A program made the translations under genes and the position numbers. This document shows positions 17,312 through 24,614 of a DNA stretch of 32,000 bases, one piece after another; the stretch's first letter is position 1; every line of letters begins with the position of its first letter. The stretch spans positions 53,487-85,486 of the forward strand of contig JACZTB010000001.1 of NCBI GenBank assembly GCA_022573895.1, given 5' to 3'. Below the pieces are notes generated by a model. The model had not been told where the DNA came from and did no database searches. It was given only the letters and a program-made list of their open reading frames with translations. The stretch comes from Nitrososphaerota archaeon. Lineage in GTDB: Archaea > Thermoproteota > Nitrososphaeria > Nitrososphaerales > Nitrosopumilaceae.

Positions 17312-18328
17312 TCAATTCATTAATTTTCTAATTATATCTGATGCATTTTTTGCACCATTAGTGTTTACTCTATTTCTCTTTTGTTCAAGTTTTTCTAAAA
17401 TTAACACATCAAGTCTTTTAATATCATCAAAAACAAATCCTTCTTCTCTTGCGTTATCTTCTTGTTCAAAATGACCCTTTATGGGTATGAATATTGCAGG
17501 TGTTCCATAGGCGTTAGCCTCATCTATAGTTGATTTTCCAGCCAGAGAAATTAATAAATCTGCAGCAAAAATCAACTCGTGTAAATTATCCACAAATCCC
17601 AAATTTCTAACATTTTCAAATTTTCTACTAATGGCTGGGCCTGATACTAGAATTACTTCGATGTCTTGATTGATTTTTGAAATAGACTCTAATGCTTTTT
17701 CAATAAGAAATAGTCCTGTATTAGTTCCGCCAATCGAAATAACTATTGTCTTTTTCTGAAACAAGAATTTTTTACGTAGTTCTTCTCTTGAAAAGTTTGT
17801 TTGTCTAACTATTGATCCTACTCTTCTGATATTGTCTTGGTCATTTCCATTTTCAGGAAGAATTACAATGTCACATTTTTTAATAATTTCTTGCATTGAC
17901 TTATTCATCTTTTTTTCAATAAGTGATACTATTCCGTTAGTGAATCGAGTCTCTAAAACATCTGTGATAAGTATAGTTGGAATTTTCATTTTCTGTGCAA
18001 CAGTTAATGCTGCAAAGTCCTCATCACTAATCACCAAATTTGGATTGTCTTCTTGAAGAATCTTTTGTGAAATTTTTTTACAATCTCTATAATATTGATA
18101 ATAATTCCACAGCCATTTTACTGGACTTTTTAATGTACCATTTTCAACAATAAACGAAGGTGGATTATATACATCTTGTACTTTGAACTCTAAATTTTTT
18201 AGAATTTGTGCAGCTCCACTACCTGATACAAAGTTTATTGAAATATTTTTAAAATTATTTGCAATTGCAATATCTCGAGTGACATGACCCAATCCAATTG
18301 GACTAGAAAAAAAATCAAGAACATTCAT
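17312..18328 (-). CDS. GT-B glycosyltransferase (MurG/GT28-GT1-like)
   Basis: 338 aa. SSPIGLGHVTRDIAIA N-terminus and a C-terminal GG...AGKSTIDEA...G.P.I.IP pattern. Confidence 0.7.
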   Translation of the reverse strand: MNVLDFFSSPIGLGHVTRDIAIANNFKNISINFVSGSGAAQILKNLEFKVQDVYNPPSFIVENGTLKSPVKWLWNYYQYYRDCKKISQKILQEDNPNLVISDEDFAALTVAQKMKIPTILITDVLETRFTNGIVSLIEKKMNKSMQEIIKKCDIVILPENGNDQDNIRRVGSIVRQTNFSREELRKKFLFQKKTIVISIGGTNTGLFLIEKALESISKINQDIEVILVSGPAISRKFENVRNLGFVDNLHELIFAADLLISLAGKSTIDEANAYGTPAIFIPIKGHFEQEDNAREEGFVFDDIKRLDVLILEKLEQKRNRVNTNGAKNASDIIRKLMN

Positions 18329-18376
18329 GAATTTCTTAATTTTTTATCAAATTTCTAGATTCTCATTTGTCTCAAA

Positions 18377-18384
18377 GTTTAAAT
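18377..18384 (+). promoter_or_regulatory. TATA-like box for tRNA-Val
   Basis: GTTTAAAT, 24-31 nt upstream of the tRNA 5' end. Confidence 0.35.
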
Positions 18385-18407
18385 GGATTTTAGCAAGGTA
18401 TGTTTCT

Positions 18408-18482
18408 GGGCTCATGGTCCAGGTCGGTTATGACGTCGCCCTTACACGGCGAAGGTCCGGGGTTCAAATCCCCGTGGGCCCA
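18408..18482 (+). tRNA. tRNA-Val (anticodon UAC)
   Basis: GGGCTCA/TGGGCCC acceptor (one G-U pair), TCGCC-CTTACAC-GGCGA anticodon arm, CGGGG-TTCAAAT-CCCCG T arm. Confidence 0.9.
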
Positions 18483-18653
18483 TTTACCATTTCGGGGACA
18501 AAATAGGACTCATACACATACAATCATAGTATAACTATGCAGAACTATGCAGTTTTTGAAAAAATTAAAGGACTACTATAAAAGAACTATTATCTGAATC
18601 TTGCGGAGATTAAAAAAATAGTTCTCTTAAGCAAGTTGTATGTGTAATACTAT

Positions 18654-19136
18654 ATGTCTGAAACACAAAGCTCAAAAAGAAAATTGTCTGAATTAACTCA
18701 AGCATTAAATTTTTCAGATCAGAATTTGGCAAATTATCCAAGCGAGTTTAAATCTAAAAACAAGAAAGGAGGCCCTTACAGCAAAAAAGATAGGGATTCA
18801 CGAATAGACGAAGTGTGTAGGTTACACTTTGAATATGGTTATTCAGCTAAAAAGATCTCAGAGTTGATGAAGATTAATCGAAATACTATCAATAGTGATA
18901 TTAAACAATTGTATTTGACTTTTGAAAGCAATTGGGAAAAAACAACTTCAGTATCTTTGTTACAGAGTCATATTGAATCAGTACTTGCTCAAAAAAGACG
19001 ACTCAGAGAAGCATTAGATAATACAGAAAAATTTTCAGAAAAACTAGCAATTGAAAAAATGATTCTACAAGTGGAATCGAAAATCAATCAATTTCAGTTA
19101 AGACGAGGCAAGCGTAGAGTCTGTAAGGCTCTATGA
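18654..19136 (+). CDS. hypothetical protein with putative helix-turn-helix and coiled-coil tail
   Basis: 160 aa. GYSAKKISELMKINRNTINSDIKQL resembles an HTH. First gene after tRNA-Val. Confidence 0.55.
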   Translation: MSETQSSKRKLSELTQALNFSDQNLANYPSEFKSKNKKGGPYSKKDRDSRIDEVCRLHFEYGYSAKKISELMKINRNTINSDIKQLYLTFESNWEKTTSVSLLQSHIESVLAQKRRLREALDNTEKFSEKLAIEKMILQVESKINQFQLRRGKRRVCKAL

Positions 19137-19188
19137 GAATATGGAATTTGCCAGATTAAAATTATTAGTTTGTATCACTGAATAGAAC

Positions 19189-19225
19189 TAAATTGTTTCC
19201 CAAGAAAGGTTCAAGCCTCTTAAGA
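19189..19225 (+). repeat. island repeat copy A
   Basis: AAATTGTTTCCCAAGAAAGGTTCAAGCCTCTTAAGA. It matches copy C2 at 26 of 28 positions in the core. Confidence 0.7.
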
Positions 19226-19331
19226 TTTTACACTCAAATTGTATCTCTAAAACAGGACATTTATTGAATTATCTTGAAAATTCCTAAAATAATAGAATAA
19301 TAAAGAAAATTTGGAATTAAGGTGTTTTGAA

Positions 19332-19685
19332 ATGAAGATGAATAGTATAAACCATGTTAATATCACAGTTTCAGACCTAGAAAAATCAGAAAAGTTTTAC
19401 TGCGAAGTTTTTGGTATGGAAGAAGCTTATAGAATACCACAGTTTCGTTTTCTTAGATGCGGTAAAGATCTACTAACTTTGCAAGAAGGTGACCAAATAA
19501 ACATTAAAGGTATTCACTTTGGTTTTGATGTCAATAGCAACGATGAAATGAATAAATGGAAAGATTGGCTGAAGGAGAAAAACATATCCATAGATAATGA
19601 AAGAGGAGATGAAAGCGGTGCTGGAATTTATTTTTATGACCCAGATAAGTATACAATAGAAATTTACTTTATCAAAGAAAGCTAA
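19332..19685 (+). CDS. glyoxalase/bleomycin-resistance/dioxygenase (VOC) family protein
   Basis: INHVNITVSDLEKSEKFYCEVFGM...IHFGF...GIYFYDPDKYTIEIY. Start set to the ATG at 19332. Confidence 0.75.
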   Translation: MKMNSINHVNITVSDLEKSEKFYCEVFGMEEAYRIPQFRFLRCGKDLLTLQEGDQINIKGIHFGFDVNSNDEMNKWKDWLKEKNISIDNERGDESGAGIYFYDPDKYTIEIYFIKES

Positions 19686-19751
19686 ATTGAAAAAGTAGAT
19701 TTCTTATCTATACAAAACCTTTTAGATTCTAAACTCTTTTTGAATTTAATA

Positions 19752-19868
19752 ATGAAAAAAACCTGTTCTCTTCATACTGACATCTATCTTATACATACAG
19801 AAACACCAGATGGAACAATCAAAGACTATTGCCCTAGATGTCAGAATTTATTCGGAGAAAAAATATGA
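19752..19868 (+). CDS. 38-aa putative zinc-ribbon peptide
   Basis: MKKTCSLHTDIYLIHTETPDGTIKDYCPRCQNLFGEKI*, with CxxH...CxxC. Not in the ORF track. Confidence 0.3.
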   Translation: MKKTCSLHTDIYLIHTETPDGTIKDYCPRCQNLFGEKI

Positions 19869-19895
19869 TTAAATGTAGCTACTTAAACTTTGGAA

Positions 19896-20636
19896 TTACA
19901 TTAAATTACTTCTAGCTGATCGTTTTCTTTTACTTCTAATTATGAGAAAAACAATTAGTACTATAATTCCTCCAAGAATCAAGTAATCAATAATGTATGA
20001 AAACCAAAGAGAAAATGGATCCTTAAATCCATCCTCCCCATACAAATTTACTAGTGCCCTGAGATCATATTCTGTAATTTCAAAAACAATATTCCAGGGC
20101 AATCCATCTAAATCATCAATCATTATTGAAGAGCCGACTGGTATGCCATTTTTGTAATCATATGATATTGCCTCTTTTGGAAGATGATCAAGACCAAGTG
20201 CATGTCCAAACTCATGACGAATTGTTTCTCCAACATATAGATCGATTGAATTTTCCAAGCCAATTGGTTCTGCGTTTTGTAACGTCTCACTGTTTAGCAC
20301 TTCGTCTGAAAAAATTGGTTGGAGGTATAAAATTAGAATTTCTGATAACCCAAATTGATAGGTATCTGTGTATCCTGCAAAAACTTCCACTACTAATAAT
20401 GGATCCCGTTCAAAGTAAATTGTAATATCACAATCATATTCTGCAAAAAAATCATGTTGTTTTTCTTTTGGAAAAACTTTGTATTCCATTTTCCAGGAAT
20501 CCTCATTACCAGTAAATTGTGTTAGTTTGTTAGTCCATTCCAAAACTGCATTTTTAGTTTCTTCAAGTAACTGTTTTTCAGCTATTGGCAATTCTTTATC
20601 TTCAAACTCAAATGCACATACAACTGGATTACGCAT
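19896..20636 (-). CDS. metzincin-type zinc metalloprotease with C-terminal anchor (possibly 5'-frameshifted)
   Basis: HEFGHALGLDH (HExxHxxGxxH), a downstream SSIM Met-turn candidate, and a C-terminal hydrophobic helix + RSKRKRSAR. The ORF as called has no signal peptide. Confidence 0.75.
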   Translation of the reverse strand: MRNPVVCAFEFEDKELPIAEKQLLEETKNAVLEWTNKLTQFTGNEDSWKMEYKVFPKEKQHDFFAEYDCDITIYFERDPLLVVEVFAGYTDTYQFGLSEILILYLQPIFSDEVLNSETLQNAEPIGLENSIDLYVGETIRHEFGHALGLDHLPKEAISYDYKNGIPVGSSIMIDDLDGLPWNIVFEITEYDLRALVNLYGEDGFKDPFSLWFSYIIDYLILGGIIVLIVFLIIRSKRKRSARSNLM

Positions 20637-20728
20637 TACTTTGTGGTCTTCAAAGTAGTAGAATTGCTCTGAAAAGGCTTACTTGGAATTATGAGAGATA
20701 GTATGCCTAGAATTAGGAAAATTTTCAC
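20636..20728 (-). pseudogene. detached signal-peptide-encoding fragment upstream of the metalloprotease
   Basis: GTG-initiated VKIFLILGILSLIIPSKPFQSNSTTLKTTK*. Its TAA stop overlaps the protease ATG (TAATG), in a different frame. Confidence 0.35.
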
Positions 20729-20883
20729 CCTGTTTTATTCTCTGTCTTTTAGATAAATCAGATCTGTATGTACCAAATTCTAAACTGTAGATTAGCCTAA
20801 AAGCCCTGGTTTTGAGATAGGTTTTGTGTGTAAAATTTTCAAAATCTGATTTTCACAACTGGCTAACTTTCACTCAACAATTT

Positions 20884-20933
20884 TTGGCGTGCAAACCTAT
20901 ACTGATCCAAAAATGGTTCAAACCTCTATGGAT
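20884..20933 (+). repeat. island repeat copy B
   Basis: ...GGCGTGCAAACCTATACTGATCCAAAAATGGTTCAAACCTCTATGGAT. Matches C2 at 26 of 31 positions over the core. Confidence 0.7.
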
Positions 20934-21023
20934 TCAATCAAGAGTCTTGAACTAATTTTACAAGTCACCTTTAGGGTCCTATGAAATTATTTTTATGTAT
21001 TTCTCTCTATTTTTGAGATAGTA

Positions 21024-21260
21024 TTGGATTTTTTTAAAAAACGAATAAGAAAATATCAAGAAAAAAAACTAGATGAAATAACATCTAAAATTCAATTTCA
21101 TCAATATACGAAAAAACAGTTAGAACAAAAAATCGAAGAAATGATTCATGATGAAAAAACTATGATAATTAAAGAAATTTCCTATCATAGTAAGATGATA
21201 AACATTTGGAAAAAAAATGAAGAAAAACTCAAAAAGCAAATGAGTGAGATGGAAGATTAG
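21024..21260 (+). CDS. small Lys/Glu-rich coiled-coil hypothetical protein
   Basis: 78-aa ORF with a TTG start and heptad-like K/E-rich sequence. No motif. Confidence 0.35.
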   Translation: MDFFKKRIRKYQEKKLDEITSKIQFHQYTKKQLEQKIEEMIHDEKTMIIKEISYHSKMINIWKKNEEKLKKQMSEMED

Positions 21261-21279
21261 TAGACATCAGGATTTTTGC

Positions 21280-22242
21280 TCACCAAGACCGTTGAATTTT
21301 TTCAATTTTCTCAAGTTCTTGTGAGTTGATAGAAATTTCTGAGGATTTTACATTTGATTCGAGCTGTTCTACAGACTTTGCTCCTGGTATGCAAATTGAT
21401 ACTTCTTCCCTACTAAGAACATATGCCAATGCAACTTGATTCATAGTTCTTGATTTGTTAGAGAAAAATTGAAACTGTTGACTTCTTTCCAACTTTGTTT
21501 TTATTTCTTCTACACTATACCTACTCCTTACATCGGTTTTTGGAAATGATGTGTTTTTATTGTATTTACCTGTGAGGAATCCTTGAGAGAGAGGTTCGGC
21601 TACAATTATACCCACCCCATTTCTCTTCGCTAATGACAATAATTCAATAATCGGTTCAAAGTCTAATAATGAAAAATAAAGCTGAATTGAATCGACTATT
21701 CCTCTATTGATTAGTTCTATACCCTTCTGATATTCCAAACCTATAGACACTCCACAGTATGATGCCTTGCCTTCTGATTTTATTTTTCCAAATGCTTTTT
21801 CAAGGTTAACAAAGTCTGGTTCTGACTGTGGAGCTGCATGAGCATGATAAAGATCAACATAGTCAGTCTGAAGTCTTTTCAAACTACGATCAATTGCAGC
21901 TATTAGGTGATGATAAGATAGATCTATCTCAAAAGGACTTGGTTTATTGTATGAGGGAACTCCTGCCCCTTTTGTGAAGATGTAAACTTCTGCTCTTCTT
22001 TCAGACAGAATCTTTCCTAATCGTCTCTCACTATTTCCTAATGAATAAGAATCTGCCGTATCGAAGGCATTAACCCCTAACTCTAAAGCTTTGTTAATTA
22101 TTTTTTTAGCAGTTTGTTCATTTACATCTCCATACGTTATTGAAATGTCATTGATGGTAGTTAATCCTCCAAGTTGCCAGCATCCTAACCCTATCTCAGA
22201 TACAGATAGGTTTGTTTTACCTAATTTTCTTCGCTTTAACAT
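21280..22242 (-). CDS. aldo/keto reductase
   Basis: 320 aa. KLGKTNLSVSEIGLGCWQLGG, FDTADSY and DLYHAH are AKR hallmarks. Confidence 0.9.
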   Translation of the reverse strand: MLKRRKLGKTNLSVSEIGLGCWQLGGLTTINDISITYGDVNEQTAKKIINKALELGVNAFDTADSYSLGNSERRLGKILSERRAEVYIFTKGAGVPSYNKPSPFEIDLSYHHLIAAIDRSLKRLQTDYVDLYHAHAAPQSEPDFVNLEKAFGKIKSEGKASYCGVSIGLEYQKGIELINRGIVDSIQLYFSLLDFEPIIELLSLAKRNGVGIIVAEPLSQGFLTGKYNKNTSFPKTDVRSRYSVEEIKTKLERSQQFQFFSNKSRTMNQVALAYVLSREEVSICIPGAKSVEQLESNVKSSEISINSQELEKIEKIQRSW

Positions 22243-22333
22243 GATTATAGATTTTTTTAACTTCCTATCTAATTGTTTTCAAGATAAAATTATTGTAATG
22301 ATATACAGATTCCATTGTTTATGAATTAAAATT

Positions 22334-22352
22334 AACATTTGATACGAACTGT
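22334..22352 (+). repeat. 19-nt perfect direct repeat R2, copy 1
   Basis: AACATTTGATACGAACTGT is identical at 23435-23453. This copy lies 5 nt upstream of repeat copy C1. Confidence 0.85.
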
Positions 22353-22357
22353 ACCAC

Positions 22358-22406
22358 CTGGGTCCATTTCTGTCCACAAAATGGTAGGTGAATCCCCGTG
22401 ATGCGG
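22358..22406 (+). repeat. island repeat copy C1 (most tRNA-like 3' part)
   Basis: CTGGGTCCATTTCTGTCCACAAAATGGTAGGTGAATCCCCGTGATGCGG. It contains AATCCCCGTG, identical to tRNA-Val 18467-18476. Matches copy E at 25 of 31 positions. Confidence 0.65.
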
Positions 22407-22414
22407 AATCTAAC

Positions 22415-22466
22415 ATGACGTCCACTTTGTTTCCCAAAAATGGTTCAAGCCTCTATGGAGTTGAAC
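22415..22466 (+). repeat. island repeat copy C2
   Basis: ATGACGTCCACTTTGTTTCCCAAAAATGGTTCAAGCCTCTATGGAGTTGAAC. ATGACGTC is identical to tRNA-Val 18430-18437. GTTCAA/TTGAAC forms a hairpin. Confidence 0.7.
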
Positions 22467-22537
22467 TATGTTGAGAAATGATGATGTTTTGAAATACTTT
22501 TTTACATACTTAATACCTGAAATCTAATTAATGATTT

Positions 22538-23107
22538 ATGAAGTTAAAAGTAATCACAAATGATTCTGATGTCTCTAAGACTGAAGAATTTCCTTGTATT
22601 TCATGTCATACAAACTGCTGCAAGGAGTATGTGATATTTGTTAATGCTCATGATATTTACCGACTCTCAGTTGGATTGGGATTAGCTCCAGAGAGTTTTC
22701 TTGAGATTTATGGTGCAAAGGATTATGATCTTGGAATAAAGGTAGAAGAAGGTTTGGTAGATCTTGCTTTAAAACAAAAAGATAGCAGATGCATGTTTCT
22801 TGAAGAATCTAAAGATATCTTTCGCTGTACCGTAAATGACTTTAAACCAAGCGTGTGCAAATCATATCCGTTTCAAATGAAAAATGGAAAATTAATACAG
22901 ATGAGTGATAAGATGTGCCCTGTTGAGTGGAATACTAAAGAATTTGAGGCTATGATGTCAACTCATCTCAAAAAAGACGAAGATGAATGGAAGTTTTATG
23001 ACGAACTTGTACTAGAATGGAATGCAAAGCATTATACAAAAAAACCACTATCTACATTTTTGAAATTTATGCTAGACAGAGTAGTTTTAGAATTTGTTAA
23101 GTCTTGA
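22538..23107 (+). CDS. YkgJ/UPF0153-type CxxCxxCC zinc/iron-chelating domain protein
   Basis: FPCISCHTNCCKEY N-terminal Cys cluster plus RCMFL, FRCTV and VCKSYPF downstream. Confidence 0.75.
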   Translation: MKLKVITNDSDVSKTEEFPCISCHTNCCKEYVIFVNAHDIYRLSVGLGLAPESFLEIYGAKDYDLGIKVEEGLVDLALKQKDSRCMFLEESKDIFRCTVNDFKPSVCKSYPFQMKNGKLIQMSDKMCPVEWNTKEFEAMMSTHLKKDEDEWKFYDELVLEWNAKHYTKKPLSTFLKFMLDRVVLEFVKS

Positions 23108-23131
23108 TAATTTATTTTATCTTTGGATGTT

Positions 23132-23213
23132 GCTCTACTGGTCAGGTCGGATTCGAATTAATGTGCGTCTAAATTATTCCTCATAAATGGTTCAAGTCTC
23201 TAAGGAATTGAAC
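23132..23213 (+). repeat. island repeat copy D, near full-length tRNA-Val-like relic
   Basis: GCTCTACTGGTCAGGTCGG... versus tRNA GGGCTCATGGTCCAGGTCGG. ...ATGTGCGTC... versus ATGACGTC. ...AAATGGTTCAAGTCTCTAAGGAATTGAACC carries a 7-bp GGTTCAA/TTGAACC hairpin. Matches C2 at 31 of 37 positions. Confidence 0.6.
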
Positions 23214-23303
23214 CAAAATGTATTGGAGTGTCAAACTAATGTCGCAAATACCGCTCACGGATTAAATTTTCAATTATGTTAGTCCTAAGCTGTAGAGCTT
23301 TGT

Positions 23304-23390
23304 TTAAGGGCTCTCTCTTTTACAAATAGTACAATACTCTTCTTTTGAATTACTATTAATCGGAGTTAAACAATCATGGCAATATTTCAT
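23304..23390 (-). CDS. 28-aa putative zinc-ribbon peptide
   Basis: MKYCHDCLTPINSNSKEEYCTICKRESP*, with CxxC...CxxC. Not in the ORF track. Confidence 0.3.
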   Translation of the reverse strand: MKYCHDCLTPINSNSKEEYCTICKRESP

Positions 23391-23434
23391 AATTTTAGGA
23401 ATTAATCTGAGTATATTAAGAATTTGTAAGATTA

Positions 23435-23453
23435 AACATTTGATACGAACTGT
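23435..23453 (+). repeat. 19-nt perfect direct repeat R2, copy 2
   Basis: AACATTTGATACGAACTGT, identical to 22334-22352. Confidence 0.85.
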
Positions 23454-23522
23454 TAACTGTAATTATTTGTGAATTTTTCTTTATCTTAACTATAGAAAAG
23501 CAAGTGTGGTGTAGTATTTTCA

Positions 23523-23633
23523 ATGGCAGAAAGAACAAAAGCTCAACGCAGTGCTTCAGCAAAAAAAGCTGCTCTCACTAGAAAAAGAAACGCAGCTGCA
23601 AAAAAAGGTTCTAAAAGTAAAAAGAAACGTTAG
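23523..23633 (+). CDS. 36-aa highly basic Ala/Lys-rich peptide
   Basis: MAERTKAQRSASAKKAALTRKRNAAAKKGSKSKKKR*. Not in the ORF track and has no motif. Composition suggests nucleic-acid binding. Confidence 0.3.
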   Translation: MAERTKAQRSASAKKAALTRKRNAAAKKGSKSKKKR

Positions 23634-23672
23634 AATCTATTTTCCATTGAATGTTTATGGCATTGCTGAAAA

Positions 23673-23886
23673 ATGTTAACAACAATCCTAGTTGGCTCAA
23701 GCGGAAGCGGTAAGTCAACCCATGCCCATACCTTAGGTCAGGTAATTTGTGAGAAATAGGAGCAAGGTGAAAATTGTTTACTCTAGATTCTATTATTGGC
23801 GCATTAACGAAAACAACTGATTCTAGAATTGAAATATGTCTTGAATGTGGGCTCACCATAACTATCAAAAATGAAAAAACTGCCTA
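23673..23886 (+). pseudogene. decayed P-loop NTPase/kinase gene fragment
   Basis: The ATG ORF MLTTILVGSSGSGKSTHAHTLGQVICEK* has a clean Walker A motif (GSSGSGKST) and stops after 28 codons. Kinase-like pieces continue in other frames (KIVYSRFYYWRINEN; LNVGLTITIKNEK). Confidence 0.4.
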
Positions 23887-23897
23887 GTTCTGCATAG

Positions 23898-24428
23898 TTA
23901 GCATCCATATTTTTGAGCCCAAAGATCACTTGCAAATTCACTGAAATCACAAAATCTATCCTCTAAATATCCCAAATCTGCATCTAGTAATTCTTGATTT
24001 AGATTCATACCATTGCAGTAAATCACTCCAATTACTCTGCCGTAACTTTCTCCAGTCTGACCGTCGTCTTCATCTACTATTACATCAGACCCAACAGGAC
24101 AAATTGTTTGGATAAAATTTCTAGATTCTACTCCTTCATACACACTTAATTCAGGAGCTGATGCCAATGCAAATCTAATTGATTGACCGTCGACATGAAT
24201 TGTATCCCCATCAACAATTTTAGTTACAGTTCCCGTGATACATCTGGCAGTTCCTGAACAATCCTGTGATAAAGATTGAGTTGGTTCTGTTTGTTTTGGT
24301 TCTTCGGTTATAGCTTTTTCAATCACTCTTTCTAAATCAAGTGGTACATGTCCTCCACCTCCAATTAAAACCATTATAATTATAACTGGAATACCAACAC
24401 CTACTCCAATAACTAGATCTTTTTTCAA
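23898..24428 (-). CDS. membrane-anchored/secreted staphylococcal-nuclease-like (SNase/thermonuclease) protein
   Basis: N-terminal TM helix, then VTKIVDGDTIHVDGQSIRFALASAPE...SYGRVIGVIYCNGMNLNQELLDADLG. This is the GDT...R...APE...YGR...LN..L pattern of SNase folds. Confidence 0.8.
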   Translation of the reverse strand: MKKDLVIGVGVGIPVIIIMVLIGGGGHVPLDLERVIEKAITEEPKQTEPTQSLSQDCSGTARCITGTVTKIVDGDTIHVDGQSIRFALASAPELSVYEGVESRNFIQTICPVGSDVIVDEDDGQTGESYGRVIGVIYCNGMNLNQELLDADLGYLEDRFCDFSEFASDLWAQKYGC

Positions 24429-24585
24429 ATTATTATATGATAATTAATTACGATCTTAAAGTTTTACAGCAAACATAGTCATAAACTTGAATTATCAACA
24501 AAATGATCCTCAATTTGTAATCAATTTGGGTAGGTAAGCCAATACATATGGATAGGAATTTTTGTTGAATGATTTTCATGCCTAT

Positions 24586-24614
24586 CCGCGTCCATTTTTA
24601 TCCCCAAAATGGTA
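24586..24614 (+). repeat. island repeat copy E (overlaps the annotated etfB start)
   Basis: CCGCGTCCATTTTTATCCCCAAAATGGTAG. Matches C1 at 25 of 31 positions. Confidence 0.6.

Larger units (their letters stand above)
18483..24614. other. tRNA-Val-adjacent accessory island with tRNA-like repeat boundaries (possible decayed integrated elements)
   Basis: Long intergenic gaps, mixed gene orientation, orphan, fragmentary and frameshifted genes, and at least 6 direct copies of one repeat family. It is bounded by tRNA-Val on the left and by the last repeat copy at the etfB start. No integrase is visible. Confidence 0.5.

Noticed and set aside
20810-21021. An 11-nt direct repeat TTTTGAGATAG (20810-20820 and 21011-21021) flanking repeat copy B, as a possible target-site duplication of a MITE.
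   Set aside because: The enclosed 190 bp has no terminal inverted repeats. An AT-rich 11-mer recurring within a few hundred bases is only marginally unlikely in this composition.
22442-22483. Tiny ORFs starting at the ATG inside the island repeats (MVQASMELNYVEK*, MVQTSMDSIK..., MVQVSKELNQ...).
   Set aside because: Lengths and sequences diverge immediately after the repeat, and copy A lacks the ATG. The shared codons are better explained by the repeat itself than by a conserved peptide.
23611-23868. An 85-aa minus-strand ORF in the island.
   Set aside because: There are no motifs and the composition is odd. The plus strand here carries a recognisable Walker-A gene remnant, so this ORF is most likely its antisense shadow.
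19189-24614. Reading the island as an integron-like cassette array with the hairpin repeats as attC sites.
   Set aside because: GGTTCAA/TTGAACC does not fit the RYYYAAC/GTTRRRY core pattern. Gene orientations are mixed rather than uniform, and no IntI-type integrase or attI is visible. Only the looser idea of repeat-bounded modules is retained.
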